Positions 18,397 through 28,555 of a stretch of 64,000 nucleotides of DNA are shown here, piece by piece. The DNA is from an uncultured Bdellovibrio sp. Its GTDB lineage: Bacteria > Bdellovibrionota > Bdellovibrionia > Bdellovibrionales > Bdellovibrionaceae. Position numbers and translations under genes: made by a program. The number at the start of each line of letters is the position of its first letter. Within the stretch, counting starts at the first letter, position 1. The notes below the pieces were generated by a model, which did no database searches, had not been told where the DNA came from, and worked only from the letters and a program-made list of their open reading frames with translations. Location of the stretch: the NCBI GenBank assembly GCA_963932905.1, contig CAWVRN010000001.1:64001-128000 (forward strand), written 5' to 3'.

Positions 18397-19176
18397 CTAC
18401 AGTATTTTAGCTTTGATGCCTTCTTGCTGAAGGAATTTGCGAATTTGAGGACCATCGAGCGGCTCTAAACGGAATAGCAATTTATGAATCAGATCATAGC
18501 TTTCCTCTGCTTTTTTAGATCGTAAACCCGTCGTTAAATACGCTAAATCATCGCTAATTTTAACGAAGTTATCTAATAAACGTCCCATTTCTTTGTTTTT
18601 CGATGTCTTTTCAAGAAGAGTCAGAGTTTTATTGAAGTTACTAAGTAGTTTATCCATCTGAGAGATAATGCTTCCGACAGAACCTTCATTTTTATTCACT
18701 AGTTCGATCATTTTTCCGGCTAAGCCATAACTCTGAGAAATTAACTGATCGATCCGTGGTGGATCCTCGCCACGAACAACCCCGTTATGCTGAAGTTCTG
18801 GTTGATCCAGTCCTCCTGGGGAAACCTCTAAGAATTTTTCCCCGATGACACCCGCCAGATTGATAAAAAACTTAGAGTCTTGGCGAACGGTTTTCCAAGC
18901 TTTTTTATCCACAGAGATTTGTACCTGAAGTTTCACTTCTTCGCCCGAACCAGGCATTTTAAAATCAGGAACAAATGTAATGCTTTTAACTTTACCCACT
19001 TTTATACCCATTACACGTACGGGCGAACCTTGCTCGATACCACCGGCAAAATTGTACATTACATTTAAATCGTAGGAATCACTAAATGGTGAAACTAAAC
19101 CGACTAAATACGCAAAAACGAAAATCAAAACGATTGCGCAAACTGACAGTAACCCAACTTTAGTTTCAACCTTCAT
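18397..19176 (-). CDS. mlaD: MCE/MlaD-family protein
   Basis: N-terminal TM; GGIEQGSPVRVMGIKVGKV; GVIGEKFLEVSPG. Confidence 0.9.
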   Translation of the reverse strand: MKVETKVGLLSVCAIVLIFVFAYLVGLVSPFSDSYDLNVMYNFAGGIEQGSPVRVMGIKVGKVKSITFVPDFKMPGSGEEVKLQVQISVDKKAWKTVRQDSKFFINLAGVIGEKFLEVSPGGLDQPELQHNGVVRGEDPPRIDQLISQSYGLAGKMIELVNKNEGSVGSIISQMDKLLSNFNKTLTLLEKTSKNKEMGRLLDNFVKISDDLAYLTTGLRSKKAEESYDLIHKLLFRLEPLDGPQIRKFLQQEGIKAKIL

Positions 19177-19184
19177 CTATTCCC

Positions 19185-19985
19185 CTAGTAAAAATATGAA
19201 AACGTATATGACAGTATAAAATCAAGAACTATGATCGCCACTGAAGCAAAGACTACACTTTGGGTGGTTGCTCGACCCACACCATCGGCACCCGTTTTAC
19301 AATGGAAGCCGAAGTAACAACTGACCAATGGAATTACAAATCCAAAACAAAATGCTTTTATCGAAGCGAAAATAATATCCTGAAAATCCACGAAACGCCT
19401 CATGGCAGTGAGGAACATTCCCACCGGGTATCCAAGAAATCGATCCGCAACTATCATCGCCGCAAAAATACAGATCATATTTGCAATGATACTTAATAAT
19501 ACACAGCCAATAGTCGAAGCGATTAATCTTGGCACGATCAAAAATCGGACCGGATTTATTCCCAGCATTTTTAAAGCATCTATTTGTTCTGTTACTTTCA
19601 TCGAACCAATTTCAGCGGCCATACCGGCACCAATTCTTGAAGTTAAAAGCAATGCTGTCACAACGGCACCTAATTCTCTTAGTATCAGCAATGATGCGAA
19701 ACCAGGAACCATCGAATCATTTTGAATTACTATCTTCATATGAAATGATGACTCTAAAATCGTAACGATAGCCGCAAAGGTCACACAGAATGCAATGGTC
19801 CAAAGACTGCCATTGGCTACGAAATACAGCTGCTGAATGGTTTCTTTTTTTCTTGGTAAATGAGCAAAAAGTTGTACCAACGTTTCTACAACTAACTGAA
19901 TAAAGGAATTCAAACTTCTGTAAGTTACGATCACGAAGTGGCCAAAAATAGAAAAGGGGGTTTGAATCATCAATTTTGTCGTCAT
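19185..19985 (-). CDS. mlaE: MlaE-family ABC permease
   Basis: RELGAVVTALLLTSRIGAGMAAEIGSMKVTEQIDAL; GVGRATT. Confidence 0.92.
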   Translation of the reverse strand: MTTKLMIQTPFSIFGHFVIVTYRSLNSFIQLVVETLVQLFAHLPRKKETIQQLYFVANGSLWTIAFCVTFAAIVTILESSFHMKIVIQNDSMVPGFASLLILRELGAVVTALLLTSRIGAGMAAEIGSMKVTEQIDALKMLGINPVRFLIVPRLIASTIGCVLLSIIANMICIFAAMIVADRFLGYPVGMFLTAMRRFVDFQDIIFASIKAFCFGFVIPLVSCYFGFHCKTGADGVGRATTQSVVFASVAIIVLDFILSYTFSYFY

Positions 19986-20759
19986 TTATCCCACCGAAAA
20001 CCAGGATATCAATAGTTGTCCTAAAAAGCTGGTTCCCCAATCAAAAACGACGATAGTGACCATGGTCAAAACAGCCGTGCTGACAACGGAACGTCCAACA
20101 CCTTTAGCACCGCCCGTAGTGAAATAGCCCATATATGTACAAATAGTCGCCAGCACCAACGCATACGACATGCATTTAACAAGTCCACTTATCATAGACG
20201 GAATTCCTAAAATCGTTGGAATATGTCGAACGTATTCCTGAGGATTAATCCCGGCAAAAACGACGCCTAAAGTGGCGCCACCAACTACGGATAACATCAA
20301 TCCACCTGTTAATAAGAAAAAAGAAGAAATAATAATTCCCAGAAACCTAGGTAAAATGATTTCTTGAATGGGATCGGCTCCCAAACATCGGATGGCATCT
20401 ATTTGCTCTGTCACTTTCATCGTTCCCAGTTCCGCTGATGTAAATGCGCCTACTTTTCCTGACAGCATAAAGGCAATCAGCATCGGTCCAACTTCCCGGA
20501 TCGTCGCACTGGTGGCTAATCCCCCAAGATAGGCGGCTGCTCCGAATTCATTCACCTGCATTGCAAATTGGACAGTCATAATACCGCCAACAAAAAATCC
20601 GGCCATGGCTGTTGTTGGGAAACTTTGAAGGGTTACATGCCAAATTTGCTCCATCACCAATTCTAATCGGCAAGGACGCTTCCAAAGCGTTGTTAAAATA
20701 TCTTTCAAAAACATCATAATTTCGCCCAGACGGCTAAAAAACAAAACCCCTGTTTTCAT
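19986..20759 (-). CDS. mlaE: MlaE-family ABC permease (second paralog)
   Basis: REVGPMLIAFMLSGKVGA...ELGTMKVTEQIDAI; GAKGVG. Confidence 0.92.
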   Translation of the reverse strand: MKTGVLFFSRLGEIMMFLKDILTTLWKRPCRLELVMEQIWHVTLQSFPTTAMAGFFVGGIMTVQFAMQVNEFGAAAYLGGLATSATIREVGPMLIAFMLSGKVGAFTSAELGTMKVTEQIDAIRCLGADPIQEIILPRFLGIIISSFFLLTGGLMLSVVGGATLGVVFAGINPQEYVRHIPTILGIPSMISGLVKCMSYALVLATICTYMGYFTTGGAKGVGRSVVSTAVLTMVTIVVFDWGTSFLGQLLISWFSVG

Positions 20760-21490
20760 ACAGCATCTCTTGCTTCCGCTAGAAAATCGCGAACTAACGG
20801 AACTTGCGATTGAAGTAGCTTTCTCGGCGATCCCTGATCAACAATTTGGCCCTGATCTAAAACTACGATGTGATCTGCAATCTTTAGAGCGCAATGCATA
20901 TCGTGGCTGACAACCATTGAAGTCGTATTTAATTTGCGCGATAGATTCTGAATCAACGCGTTGATCGAATTTGTAGTTACTGGATCTAAACCCGTCGTTG
21001 GCTCGTCAAAAAGTAAGACTTTAGGCTGCAAAACTATCGTTCGCGCCAGGCTTACCCGCTTTTGCATTCCATAAGAAATTTCACCTGGTCGTTTAGTCAG
21101 GATATTTTCCAAGTTCACAAGACTTAAAGCTTGCTCAACACGTCTTAATATTTCGGGTTCTTCTAGTCTGAAGTGTTTTCTTAAGCCAAAAGCAATGTTT
21201 TCATAAATAGTTAACGAATCAAAAAGCGCGGGATGCTGAAACACCATTCCGCATTTTTTTCTGATCGGCAGAAACTGCTGCTCGGTGAAATTAGAAACAT
21301 CTTCGCCATCAATCCAAATTTCACCAGAGTCTGGCTTCATCAAGCCTACAGTGTTTTTCAGAAGAACTGATTTTCCTGTTCCTGAGGTGCCAAGTATAAA
21401 AACGATCTCGCCTGCTTTAATGTGCAGATCGATCCCTTTTAACACGGTTCGGGTTCCAAATGATTTCACTAATTTCTTATACTTAATCAT
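20756..21490 (-). CDS. mlaF: MlaF-like ABC ATP-binding protein
   Basis: GTSGTGKS, FQHPALFDSL, ISYGMQKR, DEPTTGLDP. Confidence 0.92.
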   Translation of the reverse strand: MIKYKKLVKSFGTRTVLKGIDLHIKAGEIVFILGTSGTGKSVLLKNTVGLMKPDSGEIWIDGEDVSNFTEQQFLPIRKKCGMVFQHPALFDSLTIYENIAFGLRKHFRLEEPEILRRVEQALSLVNLENILTKRPGEISYGMQKRVSLARTIVLQPKVLLFDEPTTGLDPVTTNSINALIQNLSRKLNTTSMVVSHDMHCALKIADHIVVLDQGQIVDQGSPRKLLQSQVPLVRDFLAEARDAV

Positions 21491-21502
21491 GCGTTAGCCT
21501 AT

Positions 21503-21531
21503 AGGATAAAAAACAAACTCAGCAGCTTCAA
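21503..21531 (-). promoter_or_regulatory. Candidate sigma70 promoter of the mlaF-E-E-D operon
   Basis: Minus strand TTGAAG-17bp-TATCCT. Confidence 0.55.
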
Positions 21532-21664
21532 AGTATTGTATTCATATATAGAAAATACGCACCTTTGTCCGTAGAAGTTAGTCCTGAAAACGTCCTTGGC
21601 GGATGTCCTAATTTTCTCAAAAACAATTCATAATATTCTAAATACACCGAAAACTAGATAAGCT

Positions 21665-22222
21665 ATGAATATGAAAACATTTTTTACATTTTTTATCGTT
21701 CTTTTTTCTGGTTTTAACCTGTGGTCTGAAACAGACAAAAGCGAAGGCAAAAAAGCCATCCTTTCGTATGCACTTCCTTCAAAATTAAATTGGAAACAAG
21801 CGTCGGGAGAAGATCTTCCTTCGGGAATGCAGGTCTTTGACTTAGATGAAACGCAAGATCTTCGTTTGGCATCAGTTCAAGTTGGAAATGAATTCTTGTG
21901 GGAAAAAGTAGCGAACGCAGATAAAGATAAAATTTTTGACGAACTTATTGGTGGCAAAAAGACAGTTCACAAAATCTCGGGAGTTAAAAATTGGAAAGCA
22001 GAAAAAAAACTGAATAGAAAATCAGATAAAGAAATTATATTAGAACTAGTAGGCAGCTTTACCGAAGATTCGCAAAAGAAACATTTCATCGAAAAATACT
22101 ACATGACCCCTTACGGATTCATTCTGATGACATTGGATTGGACTGAAAAATCTGATGCGGCATTGGTTAAAAAAGCTCGAGCCGAATTTGAAAATGTTAC
22201 GTTTAAATCGGAGATAAAATAA
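21665..22222 (+). CDS. Hypothetical exported protein (possible PsbP/DcrB-like fold)
   Basis: Signal peptide; translationally coupled (TAATG) to the next gene; fold call is by eye only. Confidence 0.7.
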   Translation: MNMKTFFTFFIVLFSGFNLWSETDKSEGKKAILSYALPSKLNWKQASGEDLPSGMQVFDLDETQDLRLASVQVGNEFLWEKVANADKDKIFDELIGGKKTVHKISGVKNWKAEKKLNRKSDKEIILELVGSFTEDSQKKHFIEKYYMTPYGFILMTLDWTEKSDAALVKKARAEFENVTFKSEIK

Positions 22223-25062
22223 TGTTAAAAATTCTATTTTTACTATCGTTGACATTAACCTCCGTCGTATCCTTTGCGGCCGAGACTTATAATCGTGAGG
22301 AATGTGATAGTGTAATTGATGTAAAGAAGTATATCGTTGCCGGATCTTTAGATAATCCAACTGCCGGTGGAAAAACGTATAGTTTTGATAGAATTGTGGG
22401 TGCTTTAGAAAACGAATTACTCAGCGGTCAGCCGCCCCGACCGAAAAATTTTGAATGTCTAAGCATGCTTCACCAAAAAGCTCATGAGGACGCCACAGAA
22501 TATTGGGTGGGCCGTTTGGCACGATCAACGTGCGCGGGTGATAACGATAAAGTTCCTAGTATCAAACCACCTGGTTGTGACGATGATTTGTGGAAAAAAT
22601 TCCACGCCAGCAAAAGACAGATCGATAGTGCGGCAAAAAGCATTACCAAACTAACCACAGAATGCGTTGAAAGAAATGGTGTTAAATCGTGTGAATCAAT
22701 CAATGCTTTGAAAAGCCTTCAAGATTTTACACAAGAGCTGGGTGAAAACAACAGTGATAAGTGTTGTAATACCAACGACGGCGCGGCTTACAAAGTTTTG
22801 CGCGGTTTCTACACGGTCGAATTTGGCGATATGAACGATGCCGACCTTCAAAAGGAATGTTATAAAAGAACACGTCCCGGCAACAAAGTGGATGGGTTCT
22901 GGTCCGGAGTCGGTGGTTGTGTGAAAAACGCGGCTTTAGGAATTGCCGAAGCCGTTATGAAATGGTTTAAAACAGCCAAAGCACTTTGGGAAGTCGGAAC
23001 TAGTTCTGAAACTTGGAGAATGCTACGCGATGTTTCGAAACTAAAAGACGCCGTAGTAAATTTATTAAAAGCAATGATGGACCAAATGGCGGATCAGTTC
23101 AACGCTTCGACAAGCTGCTTTACTGGTCAGTACAAATTAGATCAGGCATGTAAATTAGCATCTAGTTTTGCAATAGATTTCTTAGTCGGCGGCGGAATTG
23201 GAAAAGGCGTCGGATTCTTAGCTCAGCTGATGAAAGCCGGAGTCAAAGATATGGCTGGTATCGCGAAAAGCATGCTTGCGTCCAACCCCAAAGTGGCTCA
23301 GCTCAGCGCCAAGCTCAAAAAGATTACCGGCAAGGGAGCAAATACAACCACATCGGCAGCGACTCGTGCCGCTGCTAAAAAATCAGCTTCGCATTTAGCT
23401 CAAGCTTTAAAACCCGTAGCTGATTTCAGTAAATCAGTTGCCGCTCGTGTTAAAAAATTAAGAGAAAAGGAAGGTATTAAACCAATGAAGGTGTCGGATC
23501 GATTAGAACCACAATTTGGTCCAAATGCTTCCGTCACAGTTGCGGTTTCTGACAACGCTGCTTCAACTGGTGCTGCAGCCGCCGCACAAACTTCTTCAAG
23601 AGCCGCATCTAATGCGACATCAGCAGCCAGTTCATCGGCAAATTCTAATGCGGTTAAACTGACTGCAAAATCCATCGGAAAAGCAGAAAAAGACATACGC
23701 GCCTTTAGAAACTCTGAGTACGAGGCAATGTACGCCACACGCGGTACTCGCGCGGTTGATGCTCCAGAAAGCCTTTTTGTAAAACCCTCTAGATTAAAAG
23801 GCAAATCGCCAAGCGAGCAAATGCGAATTATCGAAGGCGCCGCCAAATCTCGTCGTGCTCAAGTGGAAAGAATGCTAAATGCCACTGATTTAAAGGGCAA
23901 ACCTGTGCTAACTCAGGCACAAGCGCGTGAAATTTTGAACAACATGGATGATGCTGTTTCAAGAATTCGTTCACGTTTGGGACAGCCAGATACAAGTGTG
24001 GCCTCAACACGCGCCGGAAGTCGCGCTGTATCTACTGGTGCTACGCCAGTCGATTTAACAGCTGCGACAGCGAACGCAATCGACACATCCATACCGACAG
24101 CGGTGCCGGCAACCACGGCCAGTTCCTCAGGAACAACCGCGGTCATTGGTACGTCAGCCACATCTGCGTCAACAAGTTTTACCAATACAGCCATTTCCTT
24201 TATCGATAGCTTACCAAAAGTAGATATCCAAGCTATTGCAAGTTCGGCAACAAAAATGAACAAAACTCTACAACAACAGTTAGATAATTTTCAGTCATTT
24301 GAAGCCCGAGCACGTGCAAATGCCGCGGCTGCGAATCCCTCTGCGACAGCACGCTCCTCTGTGTGGGCAAACCAAAGCAATCGAGCCATTTCTAAAGATG
24401 CGCTTCGCCGGCATAGGGAAATTGAGGAACTTTATAAAAAAGGTATTATTAACGATGAGCAAGCTCATGCTATGCACGACATCGTTCGTGTAACCGAAAA
24501 CTCGGCTACAGGTACAGCGACTCGTTACAATACTCAGTATATCGTGACTCCAAATACGAACCCGTCGACCTTCGTTTTAAGAGAGCGAAACGCACCGATA
24601 ACTGCCGCGAGTGCCGCGAGCGCAGCTGGTTTAGTGTTAAAACGTTCGACCTACTCGGATGGTGCATCTCTCACGACTAACAAACAAGTTCAAGCGACAT
24701 CTGATGCTGCCAACGGACAACGCTACAGTGAAGATACAGTTAAAGCCTCCGCCGTGGTGGTACAAAAATTAACAGAGAAGCCAACGTCCATTAGTAACGA
24801 ATTTTCCAAACTAAAAACAGAGACGGAAATTTTAGACCGCGCAGATGATCTGCGAGTGAAAGTTAAAACACTTCAGAACAATTTGCCCGCAGATGCTGAT
24901 GCCGATGCAAAAGATGCTCTCGAAGAGTTAGTAAATGAAATTAATAGGGAACGAGACCGTGCCCTTGCCAGAATCAAACCTAAAGGTACAACGACACCTG
25001 CACCCGCATCAGATGATCCCGCAATTAAATTTGGAATTCCTATAGATCCTGATTCCGAGTAG
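22222..25062 (+). CDS. Large secreted hypothetical protein: Cys-rich N-terminus, Ala/Ser/Thr-rich C-terminus
   Basis: 946-aa ORF; signal peptide ending SFA; many Cys in the first ~310 aa. Confidence 0.8.
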   Translation: MLKILFLLSLTLTSVVSFAAETYNREECDSVIDVKKYIVAGSLDNPTAGGKTYSFDRIVGALENELLSGQPPRPKNFECLSMLHQKAHEDATEYWVGRLARSTCAGDNDKVPSIKPPGCDDDLWKKFHASKRQIDSAAKSITKLTTECVERNGVKSCESINALKSLQDFTQELGENNSDKCCNTNDGAAYKVLRGFYTVEFGDMNDADLQKECYKRTRPGNKVDGFWSGVGGCVKNAALGIAEAVMKWFKTAKALWEVGTSSETWRMLRDVSKLKDAVVNLLKAMMDQMADQFNASTSCFTGQYKLDQACKLASSFAIDFLVGGGIGKGVGFLAQLMKAGVKDMAGIAKSMLASNPKVAQLSAKLKKITGKGANTTTSAATRAAAKKSASHLAQALKPVADFSKSVAARVKKLREKEGIKPMKVSDRLEPQFGPNASVTVAVSDNAASTGAAAAAQTSSRAASNATSAASSSANSNAVKLTAKSIGKAEKDIRAFRNSEYEAMYATRGTRAVDAPESLFVKPSRLKGKSPSEQMRIIEGAAKSRRAQVERMLNATDLKGKPVLTQAQAREILNNMDDAVSRIRSRLGQPDTSVASTRAGSRAVSTGATPVDLTAATANAIDTSIPTAVPATTASSSGTTAVIGTSATSASTSFTNTAISFIDSLPKVDIQAIASSATKMNKTLQQQLDNFQSFEARARANAAAANPSATARSSVWANQSNRAISKDALRRHREIEELYKKGIINDEQAHAMHDIVRVTENSATGTATRYNTQYIVTPNTNPSTFVLRERNAPITAASAASAAGLVLKRSTYSDGASLTTNKQVQATSDAANGQRYSEDTVKASAVVVQKLTEKPTSISNEFSKLKTETEILDRADDLRVKVKTLQNNLPADADADAKDALEELVNEINRERDRALARIKPKGTTTPAPASDDPAIKFGIPIDPDSE

Positions 25063-25825
25063 ACGTCAGGGGACCATTGATGTCCCCTTTTATGAATTGT
25101 TGAACAGCCGGGTGATCAAACTTTTTCGTTTCATCAACCGAACCCGTTAAAATTAAATCTGTATTGTAAACCATTCCGATCTTGTCTGCGATTTGATAAA
25201 CGCGATTCATATCGTTTGAAATCACCACTATCGTAGATTTGTTTTTCACTTTCAAATCGGCAATCAAATCGATGATTTTTTTAGACGTGATGGGGTCTAA
25301 ACCCGCAGTAGGATCATCATACAAAACAATTTTTGGATCCAGAGCCAATGCCCGGGCAATTCCTAGGCGTTTTTGCATCCCGCCGCTGATTTCATCAGGG
25401 TGCAGATTGCAGGCATGGCTGATTCCAACCGCATTTAGGTAGTGCCTACCGATTTCTGTAATTTCCTGTTCTGACTTTTGGGTATTTTCTCTTAACGCAA
25501 AACAAATATTTTCAAGGCACGTAAGCGAATCAAACAACGCATTTTTCTGGAAAAGCATCCCCATTTTCTTCAGCAGAACCAGTTTATCGGCATCTGAACG
25601 CTGTTTCCATGTCTTGCCCTCGATAAATACTTCCCCGGAGGATGGTTCCACAAGACCCGCGATCAACTTCAAAAGTAGTGTCTTCCCTTGACCGCTGGGA
25701 CCAATCAGGCCAAAACTTTCCCCTGGCTGAATAGCCAGTGCTACATTTTTTAACACGTCCTGATCATCAAATCGGACCGATAAATTTCGCAGTTCTATTA
25801 ATGGATTCACTATGACTCGCCTCAA
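25040..25825 (-). CDS. MlaF-like ABC ATP-binding protein (second paralog)
   Basis: GPSGQGKT, FQKNALFDSL, ISGGMQKR, YDDPTAGLDP; start uncertain. Confidence 0.88.
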   Translation of the reverse strand: MRRVIVNPLIELRNLSVRFDDQDVLKNVALAIQPGESFGLIGPSGQGKTLLLKLIAGLVEPSSGEVFIEGKTWKQRSDADKLVLLKKMGMLFQKNALFDSLTCLENICFALRENTQKSEQEITEIGRHYLNAVGISHACNLHPDEISGGMQKRLGIARALALDPKIVLYDDPTAGLDPITSKKIIDLIADLKVKNKSTIVVISNDMNRVYQIADKIGMVYNTDLILTGSVDETKKFDHPAVQQFIKGDINGPLTSTRNQDL

Positions 25826-25940
25826 TCTGACTTGTAAGAAAACATATTTTCAGATTAGATATATTACCGATTCTAAAAGAGAAAATGTCAAATCTGAATT
25901 TGACCGGAATCAGTCCAACGCACCGAAGGAGTGAACACGA

Positions 25941-27104
25941 ATGAACATTCACGAATATCAAGCAAAAGAAATCTTGCGAAAATTTAACGTAGCTACGCTA
26001 AAAGGCAAAGTAGCTCTTAACCCTGAAGACGCTGTTCAAGCAGCCAAAGAAATCGGCGGTTCGGTTTGGGTTGTCAAAGCTCAAATTCATGCCGGTGGTC
26101 GCGGTAAAGGTGGCGGTGTAAAAGTCGCAAAATCTTTAGACGAAGTGAAAGAATTCACAAAAAAAATGATCGGTATGACATTGGTCACTCATCAAACAGG
26201 CCCTGAAGGTAAACTTGTACAAAAAGTTTTCATCGAACAAGGCTGCAATATTCAAAAAGAATACTATGTAGCATGTCTTGTTGATCGTGTTACTGGTCGC
26301 GTGACAATGATGGCATCGAGCGAAGGTGGCGTAGACATCGAAGAAGTCGCCGAACATCACCCAGAAAAAATCAAAAAAGTAACGATCGATCCCGTGATTG
26401 GCTTAGCTGGCTTCCAAGCTCGTCAATTAGCTTTCGAAATCGGGATGGCTCCAGAAGTGGTAGCAAAAGCATCTAAATTCTTTGTTGGTTTATACCAAGC
26501 GTTCTTGCAATCAGATTGCTCAAGCGCAGAGATCAATCCTTTAGTTGTTACTAAAGAAGGTGATGTTCTAGCTTTGGATGCAAAAATGAATTTCGATTCA
26601 AATGCTCTTTACCGTCATCCAGAGGTTATGGAATTACGCGACCTTTCTGAAGAAGATCCAGCGGAAATCGAAGCATCTAAATTTGATCTAGCATTCATCA
26701 AACTGAACGGTTCTGTTGGTTGCCTAGTGAACGGAGCAGGTTTAGCGATGTCGACTTTGGATATTATCCAATTGCACGGCGGACAACCAGCGAACTTCCT
26801 TGATGTCGGCGGCGGCGCAAACAAAGAAAAAGTAACCGCGGCTTTCAAAATCATCCTTAAAGATCCAAATGTAAAAGCAATCCTAGTCAACATCTTCGGC
26901 GGTATCATGAAGTGTGACGTTATTGCTGAAGGCGTAATCGCAGCTTCTAAAGAAGTGGGATTAAAAGTACCTTTAGTGGTTCGCCTTGAAGGTACAAACG
27001 TAGAATTAGGTAAGAAACTATTAAAAGAGAGCGGTTTAAACATCACTCCAGCAGATGACTTAACAGACGCAGCTAAAAAAGCAGTTGCAGCAGCTAAAGG
27101 CTAA
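25941..27104 (+). CDS. sucC: Succinyl-CoA synthetase beta subunit
   Basis: [37 protein letters not shown]. Confidence 0.98.
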   Translation: MNIHEYQAKEILRKFNVATLKGKVALNPEDAVQAAKEIGGSVWVVKAQIHAGGRGKGGGVKVAKSLDEVKEFTKKMIGMTLVTHQTGPEGKLVQKVFIEQGCNIQKEYYVACLVDRVTGRVTMMASSEGGVDIEEVAEHHPEKIKKVTIDPVIGLAGFQARQLAFEIGMAPEVVAKASKFFVGLYQAFLQSDCSSAEINPLVVTKEGDVLALDAKMNFDSNALYRHPEVMELRDLSEEDPAEIEASKFDLAFIKLNGSVGCLVNGAGLAMSTLDIIQLHGGQPANFLDVGGGANKEKVTAAFKIILKDPNVKAILVNIFGGIMKCDVIAEGVIAASKEVGLKVPLVVRLEGTNVELGKKLLKESGLNITPADDLTDAAKKAVAAAKG

Positions 27105-27118
27105 GAAAGGAAATCACT

Positions 27119-27988
27119 ATGGCAATTTTAATCAATAAAGAAACACGAGTTATTTGTCAGGGCTTCACAGGAGCTCAAGGTACTTTCCATTCTGAGCAAT
27201 GCGCAGCTTATGGAACTAAAATGGTTGGCGGCGTGACTCCGGGTAAAGGCGGATCAACTCATATTGGTCTTCCGGTATTCAACACGGTTTTAGACGCTAA
27301 AAAACAAACGGGCGCAAACGTATCTATGATCTTCGTTCCACCAGCGGGGGCAGCAGATTCAATCATGGAAGCCGTAGATGCCGATCTAGATTTAGTGATC
27401 TGTATCACAGAAGGTATCCCTGTTTTAGATATGGTACGCGTAAAAAGATTTATGGAAGGTCGTCGCACGCGATTGATCGGTCCAAACTGTCCAGGTGTTA
27501 TTACTCCGGGACAATGTAAAATCGGTATCATGCCTGGCCACATCCACAAACCAGGTCGTATCGGCGTTCTTTCACGTTCAGGTACATTAACTTATGAATC
27601 AGTATTCCAATTATCTCAGCTTGGTTTAGGTCAATCTACATGCGTAGGCATCGGCGGCGATCCAGTAAATGGAACTAACTTCATCGACGTCTTGAAACTG
27701 TTCAACGACGATAAAGATACTGATGCTGTGATCATGATCGGTGAAATCGGCGGATCGGCTGAAGAAGAAGCTGCCGCTTACATCAAAAAAGAATTCAAAA
27801 AACCAGTGGCAGCGTTTATCGCGGGTGCATCTGCGCCTCCTGGAAAACGTATGGGCCACGCGGGCGCGATCATCAGCGGCGGAAAAGGCACAGCAGAAGC
27901 GAAATTCGCAGCTTTAGAAGATGCGGGTTGCAAAATTTCTAGAAGTCCGGCCGATATGGGCGCGACTTTAAAATCAATGCTAAAATAA
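27119..27988 (+). CDS. sucD: Succinyl-CoA synthetase alpha subunit
   Basis: [28 protein letters not shown]. Confidence 0.98.
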   Translation: MAILINKETRVICQGFTGAQGTFHSEQCAAYGTKMVGGVTPGKGGSTHIGLPVFNTVLDAKKQTGANVSMIFVPPAGAADSIMEAVDADLDLVICITEGIPVLDMVRVKRFMEGRRTRLIGPNCPGVITPGQCKIGIMPGHIHKPGRIGVLSRSGTLTYESVFQLSQLGLGQSTCVGIGGDPVNGTNFIDVLKLFNDDKDTDAVIMIGEIGGSAEEEAAAYIKKEFKKPVAAFIAGASAPPGKRMGHAGAIISGGKGTAEAKFAALEDAGCKISRSPADMGATLKSMLK

Positions 27989-28058
27989 CTTGAAAAACCT
28001 ATTAGGGGTGTTACTAACACCCCTGTCTATTAAAACGAGAACTTAAAGGGAGATTACA

Positions 28059-28484
28059 ATGGGAATGGAAAGAACATTTTCTATCATTAAACCAAATGCA
28101 GTTAAGAAAAACGCTATCGGTGATATCGTAAAACATTTTGAAGATAACGGTCTTCGCATCGCTGCGATGAAACTAGCTCTTTTATCAAAAGAAAAATGCG
28201 AATTGTTCTATGCTGAACACAAAGAGCGCCCATTTTTCGGCGAACTAGTGAGCTTCATGACTTCAGGTCCTGTTGTTCTTATGTGTTTACAAGGTGAAGG
28301 CGCAGTTCTAAAAAATCGTGACCTTATGGGCGCAACAGATCCTAAAAAAGCTAACCCTGGCACAATCCGCGCTAAACACGGTGATAGCATCGGCGAAAAC
28401 GCAGTTCACGGTTCCGATTCACTTGAGTCTGCAAAACGCGAATTAGCAATTTTCTTCGACAAACACGAATTCGCTAACTCTTAA
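28059..28484 (+). CDS. ndk: Nucleoside diphosphate kinase
   Basis: [27 protein letters not shown]. Confidence 0.98.
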   Translation: MGMERTFSIIKPNAVKKNAIGDIVKHFEDNGLRIAAMKLALLSKEKCELFYAEHKERPFFGELVSFMTSGPVVLMCLQGEGAVLKNRDLMGATDPKKANPGTIRAKHGDSIGENAVHGSDSLESAKRELAIFFDKHEFANS

Positions 28485-28510
28485 TTTTTAAAATTATAGA
28501 TTAGAATTTG

Positions 28511-28538
28511 AAAGAGGCCCATGAGGCCTCTTTTTTTT
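28511..28538 (+). terminator. Intrinsic terminator after ndk
   Basis: AAAGAGGCC-catga-GGCCTCTTTTTTTT. Confidence 0.85.
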
Positions 28539-28555
28539 GGGGTGCCAGGCTACTT

